NCBI RefSeq assembly: GCF_001194135.2
Contig: NC_069002.1
Location: 25,284,742-25,348,741, forward strand
From: Octopus bimaculoides
Taxonomy: Eukaryota
Direction: 5' to 3'
DNA length: 64,000 nt
Shown: positions 1 to 11,494 of the stretch, one piece after another
Numbering within the stretch: position 1 is the stretch's first letter
Layout of the letters: each line of letters starts with the position of its first letter
Translations under genes and position numbers: made by a program
The notes under the pieces: model-generated
The model's input: the letters and a program-made list of their open reading frames with translations, nothing else
What the model was told of the DNA's origin: nothing
Databases searched by the model: none

Positions 1-82
1 TGCAGCTGACATGCAGCCCAATCATTTCTTGCATGTGCCACAAACCGATCTGGATCCTTTTGTTAACAAGATCAATGATAAG
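1..82 (+). CDS. SNRNP200: U5 snRNP helicase Brr2, internal exon cut by the window edge (AADMQPNHFLHVPQTDLDPFVNKINDK)
   Basis: Frame from nt 2 aligns to recalled human [27 protein letters not shown]; donor AAG|GTATGT at 83; phase 0 matches the next exon. Confidence 0.85.
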
Positions 83-99
83 GTATGTATAGGTTTGTG

Positions 100-625
100 T
101 ATATGTAAAGAAGTGCTGCTCTCTAACTGTGGAACCTGTGGTAGAGGTAGACCCAGGAAGACATGGGATGAAGTGGTGAAACATGTTCTTTGAACTCTGA
201 GCCTCGCAGGGGCAATGACTAGTGACTGAAACCTTTGGTAATAAGCTGTGCTTGAGAAGACCCGTCAAGACAAGTGAAATTGATGTCATGGCTGATGCTG
301 GTGTCACGCAAAGAGCATCTTTCGAGTGTTAGGCCTCACGGAGGGAACGACCGAGATCTTTGGCATTATGTCCTGCTTGAGAAGACCCTTCAAGCCGAGC
401 AAAATTGCAGTCATGGCAGATACTGATATCACACAAATGGCACGTGTGCCGGTGGCCCATAAACGCACCCATTACACTCTCAGAGTGGTTGGTGTTAGGG
501 AGGGCAGCCAACCGTAGAAAACCATGTGAAATCAGACTGGAGTCTGGTGCAGCCAGCCTTCAAGTGTACCAGCCCTGGCCAAACCGTCCAACCTATGCCA
601 GCATGAACAACAAACGTTAAATGAT
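100..625 (+). mobile_element. 3' end of RTE-type LINE (...GTCGRGRPRKTWDEVVKH...) with duplicated ~130-nt module and 3' tail; related copies at 980-1300 (-), 37466-37855 (-), 40220-40740 (-), and tail-only copies such as 32250-32418 (+)
   Basis: RGRPRKTW C-terminal motif typical of RTE ORF2; shared tail ending ACGTTAAA(C)GATGAT. Confidence 0.7.
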
Positions 626-2128
626 GATATGTATACAGTCTGATCTGCATCATTTTATTAATAATATTAATGGTAAAATACATATAGGTGTGTGTGAATA
701 TATATAGTCTGATCTGGGTCATTTTGATAATATTAATGGTAAGGTATGTGATGATGAGGAAGTGTGTCTATGCTTGTAATCCGATCTGGAGTCTTTTATT
801 AATATGATTAATGATAAGGTATACATAAGTGAATGTATGCAGTTGTTTGGCTTTTCATGTCAGTAAGAATGAGAATGTATTTTCACAAATTGAATTCTTA
901 CACTTCATGCAATCAAGCTACTTAATCTTTGTCATTTTTTTAAAATTTCAATTATTATTCTTGTGCTTTTTTTATATATCATCATCATTTAACGTTTGTT
1001 GTCCATGCTGGCATGGGTTGGTAAGCTGGAAGGCTGCATCAAGTTTCAGTCTGATTTGGCATGGTTTTCTACGGTTGGGTGCCCTTCCTAATGCCAACCA
1101 CTCCAAGAGTGTAATGGGTGCTTTTACGTGCCACCAGTGTCTGCCACGACTGCAATTTTGCTCGGCTTGATGGGTCTTCTTCTCAAGCACGACATAATGC
1201 CAAAGGTCTCGGTCATTGCCTCCGGGGGGCCCAGCATTCAAAAGGAACTCAGCCACTTTGCCTCCAGGAGGCCCAACACTTGAAAAGAACTCAGCCACAA
1301 CTTCTTAAATTTTCCCATCCATGTTGTTCTGTTAAATTTAATTTGAGCTTCCTCCCTACTCCCTCCTAGAACCTAGTCGTGTTAGCTCGGAAGCCAAGTC
1401 GCACCAGTTAAAATAGTTTATTGAGATTGAATATCTAGTTGTGCAGACATGTGATACAAAGAAAGATGTATGCAAGGTCAGAGATGTGAGGTTGTTCATG
1501 GAGAGGTCCTTTACAGAAAGCAGACAGGACAAAGTGCTAAGTCTGTGTGTCAGGTTGTATAAACGTGAGTTGAAGGAGAATTGATTTGTTGGTTCTGAGT
1601 TTGGCCTGTAGGGTTAAAGAATGTCCAGGTAGTGTTCTTGTTTGTTTTGTTGATGTCGGGATGGTTTGTGTCTGTCTGTGTCAATTACTATTAGGTTTTT
1701 ATTTGATTGTTACTTTGGATGTTTGATGACATTTGCTCTTCTGAAAACATGTTATTGTGGTCTTGCTGGAAAGAGTTGTTCTTTTTGTTCTTTTTCCTTT
1801 TTTCTGTTTTTTTGTTTGTTTTTTTTTATTCTGATGGTGGTGGGGGTCATTTATTTCGGCCATTTATATTCATTCCTACTCTGTTTGTTTGGGTGAAATG
1901 GGTTTTTTTTACATATTTTAAAAGCATCTGTTTTTGCAGTCAGTTACTCTTCCTAACCCAAATTACTTCATCCCTGAATAAAGAAAACTTTCAGGGGTTT
2001 TTTTTTTTTTTTTTTTTCATGAACCTACAACTGGAAAGTCCACCATCTTAACCTTGGATTCATTGTATCTATAATGAATTATCTATTATGCACATTATAT
2101 GTGTAAAATTTGGATTTTATTTTTCATC

Positions 2129-2163
<35 letters not shown>

Positions 2164-2194
2164 TTTAAATGTACATATATTTTATATATGACAG

Positions 2195-2397
2195 ACTTTA
2201 AGAGAGACTCTATGCAATGGTGTAGCATATCTGCATGAAGGACTCAACGATACCGAACGCAAAGTGATTGAGCAACTTTTCATGAGTGGAGCAATACAAC
2301 TGGTGGTAGCTTCCCGCAATCTTGCCTGGGGGATGACCATGACGTCTCATCTGGTCATTGTGATGGACACACAGTACTACGATGGCAAAGCACACTC
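2195..2397 (+). CDS. SNRNP200: Brr2 exon ([17 protein letters not shown]...[12 protein letters not shown]), second RecA cassette
   Basis: ACAG acceptor, GTAAGT donor; strong match to TLKETLLNGVGYLHEGL...MDTQYYNGK. Confidence 0.97.
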
Positions 2398-3879
2398 GTA
2401 AGTAATCGTTTCAAGTTATATATGTGAGATCTGGCTGTGTGGTTAAGAAGCTTGCTTCCCAGTCACTGGGTTTGGGGTTCAGTCCCACCTGCATGGTTTT
2501 GGGGCGAGTGTCTCCTAAGCTGGCCAAAGCTCTGTAAGTGAATTTTGTAGATGGAAACTGAAAGAAGCCTGTTGTATACTTTGCATGTGTCTGTGTTAGT
2601 ATCTACATATCTTGACATAGGATGATAGCTGTAAATGAAAGTCACTGCCCTCTCTCTCTTCCCCCCCCTCTCTCTCCTCCAGTTCTCACATCCTTAATGT
2701 TCCGCTGGGTAAAAGGGTAGGAGGGTAAAACAGTACCTATCACTACTTGCCTATATTCTCTGTCAAACAGACCACTAAGGTTTGTTTTTTAAAATAATGA
2801 AAAAGCTAGTTAAAAACTATGTCATTAAGTTGATATTTGGGAAAATATGAAATATTGAAGAAAAGTTTTAATTTACAAGAGATCATTTTAAAGCAATGTC
2901 ATTCATTATGTTGCTTGGAAACTGGTGAGTGTTGGCCCAGAAGAATAGCATTCCCATGAAGAAACTTGTCTAAAAGTCTTACACAGTGGCACTGAACCCA
3001 AATCTCTTGATTATTAATTGAACTTCTTAGTCTTCGTTAAGAACAATTCTGGACTGTTTAAAACTACTATTTAGCCGGGGATTATGCAAGTGTGTTTGTA
3101 CAGACATTCATTCATGCATGCATGCAAGCAATACACACAAGTGATCAATTGAACAGATTGTCTATAAAACCAAATGGGTGTATAGGAACTAGCACCTACA
3201 CACCCATTCGGTTTTACTGACAATCTGTTCATTTACTCATTTGCTCATCTGCTCAATTGATCACCTGTTCCTATTTGCTTATATGCTTCCATACCCTTGT
3301 TTTTGCAATTACCAATTACTAACTCTTTCCACTTGATAACCTGTACCACTAATACATGTGTGTGTATCAATCCAATACATTCGAATAAATAGACATGCTG
3401 GAATGTTTACCAGCTGATGTCTGTCGATTTCAAATCCTCTCCACTTTCTTATTTGCCATGTAAATCAAGGGTAAACCACTTTTTACCCCCACCCATATAT
3501 AGTACTCAGTTGTGAGATTGTCATGCAATAACTAGCACTTGGGTATGAATAACTGGGTACACTACCAGCTGTATATTGGATAGGTACTATCCCCTAGTTG
3601 GTTTTTCAACCTCTAACTCACACAGAAATATATGTATATGTATATATTACATATGTATATACACCGCTATACTCTGGTGTTTTGTGAAATTTTTTCTGGA
3701 GAACATTATTTTTCTTTGTGGTTGGGTCATTGATGACCTCTTTCTAGCATATAGGATGTCCACCTAGTGGTCATCCCTTCTTATACACATGTAATACAAT
3801 TTTTCTGAATTTTCAGATTTTTTATATGCTAGGCCACTTGGTTTTAAATTGAATTAATATTCAATTTATCACCCACTAT

Positions 3880-4672
3880 NNNNNNNNNNNNNNNNNNNNN
3901 NNNNNNNNNNNNNNNNNNNNNNNNNNNNNNNNNNNNNNNNNNNNNNNNNNNNNNNNNNNNNNNNNNNNNNNNNNNNNNNNNNNNNNNNNNNNNNNNNNNN
4001 NNNNNNNNNNNNNNNNNNNNNNNNNNNNNNNNNNNNNNNNNNNNNNNNNNNNNNNNNNNNNNNNNNNNNNNNNNNNNNNNNNNNNNNNNNNNNNNNNNNN
4101 NNNNNNNNNNNNNNNNNNNNNNNNNNNNNNNNNNNNNNNNNNNNNNNNNNNNNNNNNNNNNNNNNNNNNNNNNNNNNNNNNNNNNNNNNNNNNNNNNNNN
4201 NNNNNNNNNNNNNNNNNNNNNNNNNNNNNNNNNNNNNNNNNNNNNNNNNNNNNNNNNNNNNNNNNNNNNNNNNNNNNNNNNNNNNNNNNNNNNNNNNNNN
4301 NNNNNNNNNNNNNNNNNNNNNNNNNNNNNNNNNNNNNNNNNNNNNNNNNNNNNNNNNNNNNNNNNNNNNNNNNNNNNNNNNNNNNNNNNNNNNNNNNNNN
4401 NNNNNNNNNNNNNNNNNNNNNNNNNNNNNNNNNNNNNNNNNNNNNNNNNNNNNNNNNNNNNNNNNNNNNNNNNNNNNNNNNNNNNNNNNNNNNNNNNNNN
4501 NNNNNNNNNNNNNNNNNNNNNNNNNNNNNNNNNNNNNNNNNNNNNNNNNNNNNNNNNNNNNNNNNNNNNNNNNNNNNNNNNNNNNNNNNNNNNNNNNNNN
4601 NNNNNNNNNNNNNNNNNNNNNNNNNNNNNNNNNNNNNNNNNNNNNNNNNNNNNNNNNNNNNNNNNNNNNNNN
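3880..4672. other. Assembly gap (793 N); other gaps at 13020-13137, 46543-47492, 57023-57342, 60507-60575
   Basis: Runs of N. Confidence 1.
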
Positions 4673-5517
4673 AATGATTGTATATTTCTTTTGTTTTGAT
4701 AATGTGAACACTGTTTGTAAACAAAGAAACAGTCTGTTGTTCGACATACGTGGGGAAATATTACCTTGCTTGGGTTAGTGTCAGAAACAGCACCCACTCA
4801 TAGAAATTCTGCCTCAAAAAAATCTCATTCCACCCATGGATACAGAGAAAAGTGGATTACAAAAGCTTATTCTTCACTCCAGTATGGCCACAGCCTCAAG
4901 GCTGAAACATATAAACGAATAAAAGAATATATATCTTTTTTATCGCTTATCTTTTACTTGTTTCAGTCATTAGACTGCGGCCATGCTGGGGCACCACCTT
5001 GGAGAATTATTTAGTCTTATAAATTGATCCCAATAGTTATTTTTTAAGTCCAGTACTTATTCTATCAGTCTCTTTTGCCAGACCACTAAGTTACAGGGCT
5101 GTAAACACACCAACACCTGTTTTCCCATGTGAAATGGAGACAAATACCCATGTTTCCATGTGGCATGCTTCAACATCTTTGAAGATCTCTCTACATGAAA
5201 CCATTGGTAGCCTTGTTAAAACCCCTAAATAAAGAATATTTATCCACCAATGCAGTGTTGAACATTCATTCTCTCTGTTTGATATTGGCATATATATGTG
5301 TGTGTGTATGTATGTATATTTACTGGTGAAGGGGGTCTACTTTGGTTGTGTGGCAGTGTTTGTGGACGCTGAGCTTGACAGGATTTAGTATTTGTCCAAT
5401 TTTCAACAACTGTGAGCTGAAGTGGTCACTATAGTTAGTGTGTGTGTGTATTGTATTATGTTTTTAGTATCTAGCTTCTTTGTATTTCTTTCTTTCTTTC
5501 TTCCTTCCTTCTTCTAG

Positions 5518-5739
<222 letters not shown>

Positions 5740-5788
5740 TAATCAACCATCCGTCACTGCTCATTGTTGGTATTATTATTAATAAGGC

Positions 5789-6243
5789 AAGGGCTGTGAG
5801 CTGGCAGAATCGTTAGCACACCGAGCGAAATGCTTAGCAGTATTCCATCTGCTGCTACGTTCCGTGTTCAAATTTCATCAAGGTTGACTTTGCCTTTCAT
5901 CCTTTTAGGGTTGATGAAATAAGTACCAGTTATGCACTGGGGTCCATATAATCGACTAGTCTCCATCCTCCAAAACTTTCCAAGGCCTTGTGCCTAGAAT
6001 AGAAACAATTATTATTATTATTATTAAGGCAAAGGCGGTGAGGTGGCAGAATCATTAGCATGCTGGACGAAACGCTTAACGGTATTTCATCTGCCACTAC
6101 GTTTTGAGTTCAAATTCCACCGAGGTTGACTTTACCTTTCATCCTTTTGGGGTCGATAAGTTAAGTACCAGTTGAGTACTAGGGCCGATGTAATCGACTT
6201 AAGCCCTCTCCCAGATTTCAGGCCTTGTGCCTATAGTAGAAGG

Positions 6244-6275
<32 letters not shown>

Positions 6276-7170
6276 GAAGGCAAAGGCAGAAAGCTGGTAG
6301 AATTGTTAGCCAGCCAGACAAAATGCTTAAAGGTATTTTGTCTGTCTTCATGTTCTGGGTTCAAATTCTGCTGAGGTCGGCTTTATCTTTCATCCTTTCG
6401 GAGTCGATAAAGTGCCAGTCAAGTACTGGGGTCAATGTGATCATCCTACCCCCGCCCCACAAATTTCAGGCCTTGTGCTTATAACAGAAAGGATTATTAT
6501 TGTAAGGGGCGACCTGGCAGAATCATTAGCACACCAAGCAAAATACTTAGCGGCATTTCACAGCGTTTTATCTGTCTGTATGTTCTGAGTTCAAATTCCA
6601 CTGAGGTCGACTGTACCTTTCATCCTTTTTGCGGGGTCAATGTAATCGACTAGGCCCCTCCCCCAAAATTTCAGGCCTTGTGCCTATAGTAGAAAGGATT
6701 ATTACCATAAGGCAGTGACCTGTCAAAATCGTTGGCATGCCAGGCGAAATGCTTAGTGGTATTTCGTTCGTCTTTATGATCTCTGTTCAAAATCTGCTAA
6801 GGTCAACTTTGCTTTTCATCTTCTCAGGGTTGACAAAATAAGTACCAGTTGAGCAGTGGGGTTGATGTAATCGATTAGCCCCATCTCCCAAAATTTCATG
6901 ACTTGTGCCTGAAGTAGAAAGGATTATTGTTATTATTTCTCTTAAGGTAAACAAGCTGACAGACTTGTTAGCATGCCAAACAAAATGCTTTCTGGCATTT
7001 CGTCTGTCTTTACATTCTGAGTTCAAACTCCACTGAGGTCAACTCTGCCTTTCATTTTCATTGGGTAGTTAAATTAAGTACCGGTCAAGCACTGGAGTCA
7101 ATGAAATCAGCTAGCCCCCTTCCCTCAAAGTTTCAGGCCTTGTGCCTATAGTAGAAGCCATTATTGTTAT
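5789..7170 (+). mobile_element. Head-to-tail array of six ~220-nt tRNA-headed SINEs with a Nin/Deu-like core (GCCTTTCATCCTTTCGGGGTCGATAA..AAGTACCAG) and (ATT)n tails
   Basis: Repeated unit AAGGCGGTGAGCTGGCAGAA...GTTCAAAT...CCTTGTGCCTATAGTAGAAAGGATTATT; Nin/Deu assignment is from recall. Confidence 0.85.
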
Positions 7171-7652
7171 TATTTCTTTGTAGTTTGATATTAGTTTCTA
7201 CTGCACTGCTTGGTGCAGCTCCACGTTCCTGATGCATGTGCAGCATTGTCTTCTTGTTTTTGTGGGGATTGGGGGCTCATCCTATTTGACCGTTTCGGGG
7301 TCAATAAAATAAATACCAGTTGTACACCAGATTGATGTAATCAAATTAATGGCCCTATGCCAAAATTTGAAATCATCATCATTATTATTATTATTATTAG
7401 TAGTAGTAGTAGTAGTAGTAGTAGATATGGAAATGGTAAACTGTTTGTGGTGTATAGTTCCATCCTTTACCTTCTGTGTTTCCAATGTGGTTGAGATTAA
7501 CTTTGTCTTTCACCAGAGTTGACCAAATAAAGTACCTGTCAAGTACTGGCATAAGTGTAATTAACTTTGCCCCTCCCCTCTGATTTGTTGACCTTGTGCT
7601 AAAACTAGAACTGTTATTACTATTGTTGTTGTTGTTGTTGTTGCTCTTTCAG

Positions 7653-7729
7653 GTGTGTCACATCGTCATTTGTCTGATCATCTCTCAGAATTGGTGGAGA
7701 ATACAATCAATGATTTGGAACAGTCAAAG
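7653..7729 (+). CDS. SNRNP200: Brr2 exon ([26 protein letters not shown])
   Basis: CAG/GTAAGG; phases 1 to 0 consistent with neighbours. Confidence 0.97.
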
Positions 7730-8065
7730 GTAAGGACAGAGAAAAGGAAGTTAACAATTCTTATCACATTAACAGGGAGCAGTTGGGCCTGGGCTATAGG
7801 CACAAATGTAACTATAGGCACAGGCATAGCCATAGGCACAAGGGTGGCTGAACATACAGGTGTGAATGTCTGTTTGCAATCCATATGGTTTCAGGTTCAG
7901 TCCCAATGTGTAGTGCCTTGGGTCTCTTCTATTTTTTCCTCAATCTGACCAATGCCTTGCAAGGGAATTTAGTAGATGGAAACTGTGTGAAGCCCATCAA
8001 GGATCTAAGTGTGTGTGTGTATGTTGGCATGAATGTTCATAATTCATGCTTGTTACAAGCATTCA

Positions 8066-8445
8066 CACAGCGTAGGAGTGGCTGTGTGGTAAGTAACTTG
8101 CTTACCAACCACATGGTCCTGGGTTCAGTCCCGCCACGTGGCATCTTGGGCAAGTGTCTTCTACTATAGCCTCGGGCCGACCAAAGCCTTGTGAGTGGAT
8201 TTGATAGACGGAAACTGAAAGAATCCAGTCGTATGTATGTGTGTCTGTGTTTGTCCCCCCACCATCGCTTGACAAACGATGCTGGTGTGTTTATGTCCCC
8301 GTAACTTAGCAGTTCAGCAAAAGAGACCGATAGGATAAGTACTAGGCTTCTAAAGAATAAGTCCTGGGGTCGATTTGCTCGACTAAAGGCGGTGCTCCAG
8401 CATGGCCACAGTCAAAAGACTGAAACAAGTAAAAGAGTAAAAGAG
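8066..8445 (+). mobile_element. Full-length ~380-nt tRNA-derived SINE of a second family; another full copy at 16130-16516 (-) and many partial copies (e.g. 2435-2600, 41686-41830, 48640-48990, 59446-59620)
   Basis: A-box-like TGGCTGTGTGG, B-box-like GGTTCAGTCCC, central (TG)n, tail GGCGGTGCTCCAGCATGGCC...(GTAAAAGA)n. Confidence 0.85.
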
Positions 8446-9057
8446 AACAGTTAAATTATATATTATGCACTTTATTGTGTTTTGTTATGCATGTGATAAC
8501 CGGGTTTGTTGGGAAATTGTCTTGTATGAAAGTGATCTGTGGAGCAAAAAAATGTTGGGGGTCTGTTGTCTTTTTAAATAAAAAAAAAAAAAGAGGAACA
8601 AATCTGATGATGTAATATTTCTTGGTGCACAAAGCGGTGAGCTGGCAGAAACATTACCATGCTGGACAAAATGCTTAACAGTATTTTGCCTGTGTTTACA
8701 TTCTGAGTTCAAATTCTACCAAGGTCGATTTTGCCTTTCGTCATTTCGGGGTCGATAAATTAAGTACCAGTTGCGTGCTAGAGTCAATCTAATAGACTGG
8801 CCCCTTCCCCAAAAATTTCAGGCGTTGTGCCTTGAGTAGAAAAGAATACTTCTTGATGCAGAAATCAGTGGAATGGTCATAGCTGGATTAGCTTTGATCA
8901 GAATCAACCTGGGTTTAATCAAAGAACTATTTGGGAAACTGAAATTAAACAGCAACTTTGTGGAGGCCTGGAGATTGGTAAAAAGATAACTAGCTAGTTA
9001 GTGCAGTTCTATATTTATGAGATGAGGAATTATGTACATTATTTGCATTTGCCCATA

Positions 9058-9280
9058 GGCATATGGTGTAGGGGTTAAGAGCGCAGGCTACTAATTCCGA
9101 GTTCGATTCCAAGCAGTGACCTGAATGATAATAATAATAATAACATTGAAAAATACCTTAGGAATGAGAACCCAGGTTCGAAATTTCCCCCAAGACACCT
9201 GAAGAAGACTGGAGAGTATATCAGCCGAAACATGTTAACGACAAACAAGATGAGGACAAATATCTGTCAAATGTAAATAC
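9058..9280 (+). mobile_element. tRNA-headed short element with an internal (AAT)n and a hammerhead-like 3' module
   Basis: A box TGGTGTAGGGG 9064-9074; B box GTTCGATTCC 9101-9110; CTGAAGA 9199-9205; GAAA 9227-9230. Confidence 0.65.
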
Positions 9281-9342
9281 TATAGCTAGATAGTCCTAAG
9301 CACAAATCTTAAGGTCATCTAACTGCCCCACCCATCAACTAG

Positions 9343-9564
<222 letters not shown>

Positions 9565-9711
9565 TGAGAAGGATTTCTGCCATATTTGTTTAACGTCTGC
9601 AAGTGAAAGGAAACCAAAATATTGCTTTGTGAGAGTTTTCAATGGTGTTTTATCTGATGCAACATTTGTTTCCTGGAACTATAAATATAACTCTTGTTAT
9701 GTCACCATATT

Positions 9712-10022
9712 TTGTGGTTAAGGTATTCAGCTCAGGATCATGAGGTCGAGAGTTCGATTTCTGGTGGTGCATTGTGTCCTTGAGCAAGACACTTTATTCA
9801 TGTTGCTCCAGTTCACTCACTCAGCTGGCAAAAATGAGTAGTATCTGTATTTCAAAAAGGGCCAGCTTTGTCACATTCTGTGTCACGATGAATCTCCCTG
9901 AGACTTGTTAAGGGTACTCATGCCTGTGGAATACTCAGCCACTTGCATGTTGATTTCATGAGCTGGCTGTTCCATTGATCGGATCAGCTGGAACCCTTGT
10001 TGTCGTAACCGACAGAGTGCTA
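9712..10022 (+). mobile_element. Third tRNA-headed SINE family (GTCCTTGAGCAAGACACT core, V/Meta-SINE-like); partial copy at 34640-34850
   Basis: B box GAGTTCGATT; two copies are alignable. Confidence 0.65.
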
Positions 10023-10433
10023 GAGTTACATAGAATTTTGTATGATCACCAAGACTGACAGAGCCATACCAAATAGCCGTAGGATTGTGTACCAAGCTGT
10101 AAATGCTAACAAATTGACATTAATCTAGCTATTGAAAGAAAGGAAAAGAAATATTTATCTAAATGTTTAGCATTCAGATTATTGTGTCAAGCATAATCCT
10201 TATTTATGCAAATTGGTTTGAATTAATCATGCATTATCTCACTACTTCTAGCTTTCAATAATGTGACAGTATATTTTTAGAATGACATTGTATGCTAAGT
10301 GTGAGGGGCAGGATTTGGTCAGTTTTGACGTAAAACATGTAAAATATTTGGGCATGGCATGGCTGGTTTAAATGCTAAAATGACCATTCCATTTGACCAT
10401 ATTACATTCTGTGATGACTTTTTTTTTCTTCAG

Positions 10434-10555
10434 AATTGTTCAGCATGTCTTTGAATGCTAAAACTAAAGTGAAAGGACTCATTGAAATCATCTCAAACGC
10501 TGCAGAATATGAATCCATCTCAATCCGGCACCATGAGGACCAAGTGCTGAAACAA
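10434..10555 (+). CDS. SNRNP200: Brr2 exon ([41 protein letters not shown])
   Basis: CAG/GTCAGT; frame-consistent. Confidence 0.97.
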
Positions 10556-11350
10556 GTCAGTTTTCTCTCTGTCTAGTTATTTTGATTAATTTTTTTTTTG
10601 TGTTGTAATCAAGCTTAAGAATTAATTATCAATTTAAAGAACTACATTTTGGTTTGAAAACATTGATAGCATCAGGGTTTATATTTTGGTCACATGGAAC
10701 TCTTTTATAAAAGACACAGTAAAGGATTTAGTCTGTCGTTAAAGATTTTGTTTTACCTCATCATGCTAACAATGGTTCTTAATTAAAGTCATTTCAAACG
10801 GAGAGAGAGAGAGTCATTACCATCACCCTCCCCATGCACAAACTTCCCTCACTACTTCCTTGGTAATTTATTTTGTTGACCCCAAGACAATGAAGGATGT
10901 AGTTGACCATGGCAAAATGATTTTTCCGACACTCTAATGATTCTGCCAGTCCACTGTCATTCATTATATTAATGTGGCAAATATATTATCTTGAAGAATG
11001 AAGGTAACAAACTGGTGGAATTGTTAGCATGCCAGGCAAAATATTTTGCAGCATTTCGTTCATCTTTACGTTCTGAATTCAAATACCACCAGGGTCGACT
11101 TTGCTGTGAAGGAGGCAAACTTTGTCATTATTAAGCTGGTATTTGGAACAAATTAGCATGGAATTTTGATGGAAGATTTTAATTTAGATCACTTTAAAAT
11201 GGGAAGTCTGAAAGTGATAGAACCAGGGGTAAATTGGTATCAAAAGGGTTAATGTTAAATCATGTTTATGTATAATTTGAGATAAAAACAGGTAACATGT
11301 ATCCATATTCCAGTTCTTTATGATAATTCTTCTTCCCTTTATTGTTTCAG

Positions 11351-11494
11351 TTGGCAACACGTTTGCCCCACAAACTGGCAAACCCAAAATACAACGATCC
11401 CCACATGAAAACAAACCTGTTGTTACAAGCCCATTTGTCTCGGCTGCAGTTATCTGCAGAATTACAGTCAGACAAGGAACTGATTCTGAGTAAA
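11351..11494 (+). CDS. SNRNP200: Brr2 exon (LATRLPHKL...[34 protein letters not shown])
   Basis: CAG/GTAAGT; 48 codons. Confidence 0.97.

Noticed and set aside
3844-4797. Long ORFs across N runs (also 46372-47940 and 56860-57459)
   Set aside because: Artefacts of translating gaps and microsatellites
5789-7170. CRISPR-like or tRNA gene array
   Set aside because: Units are ~220-nt diverged SINEs; no short identical repeats with unique spacers and no complete cloverleaf
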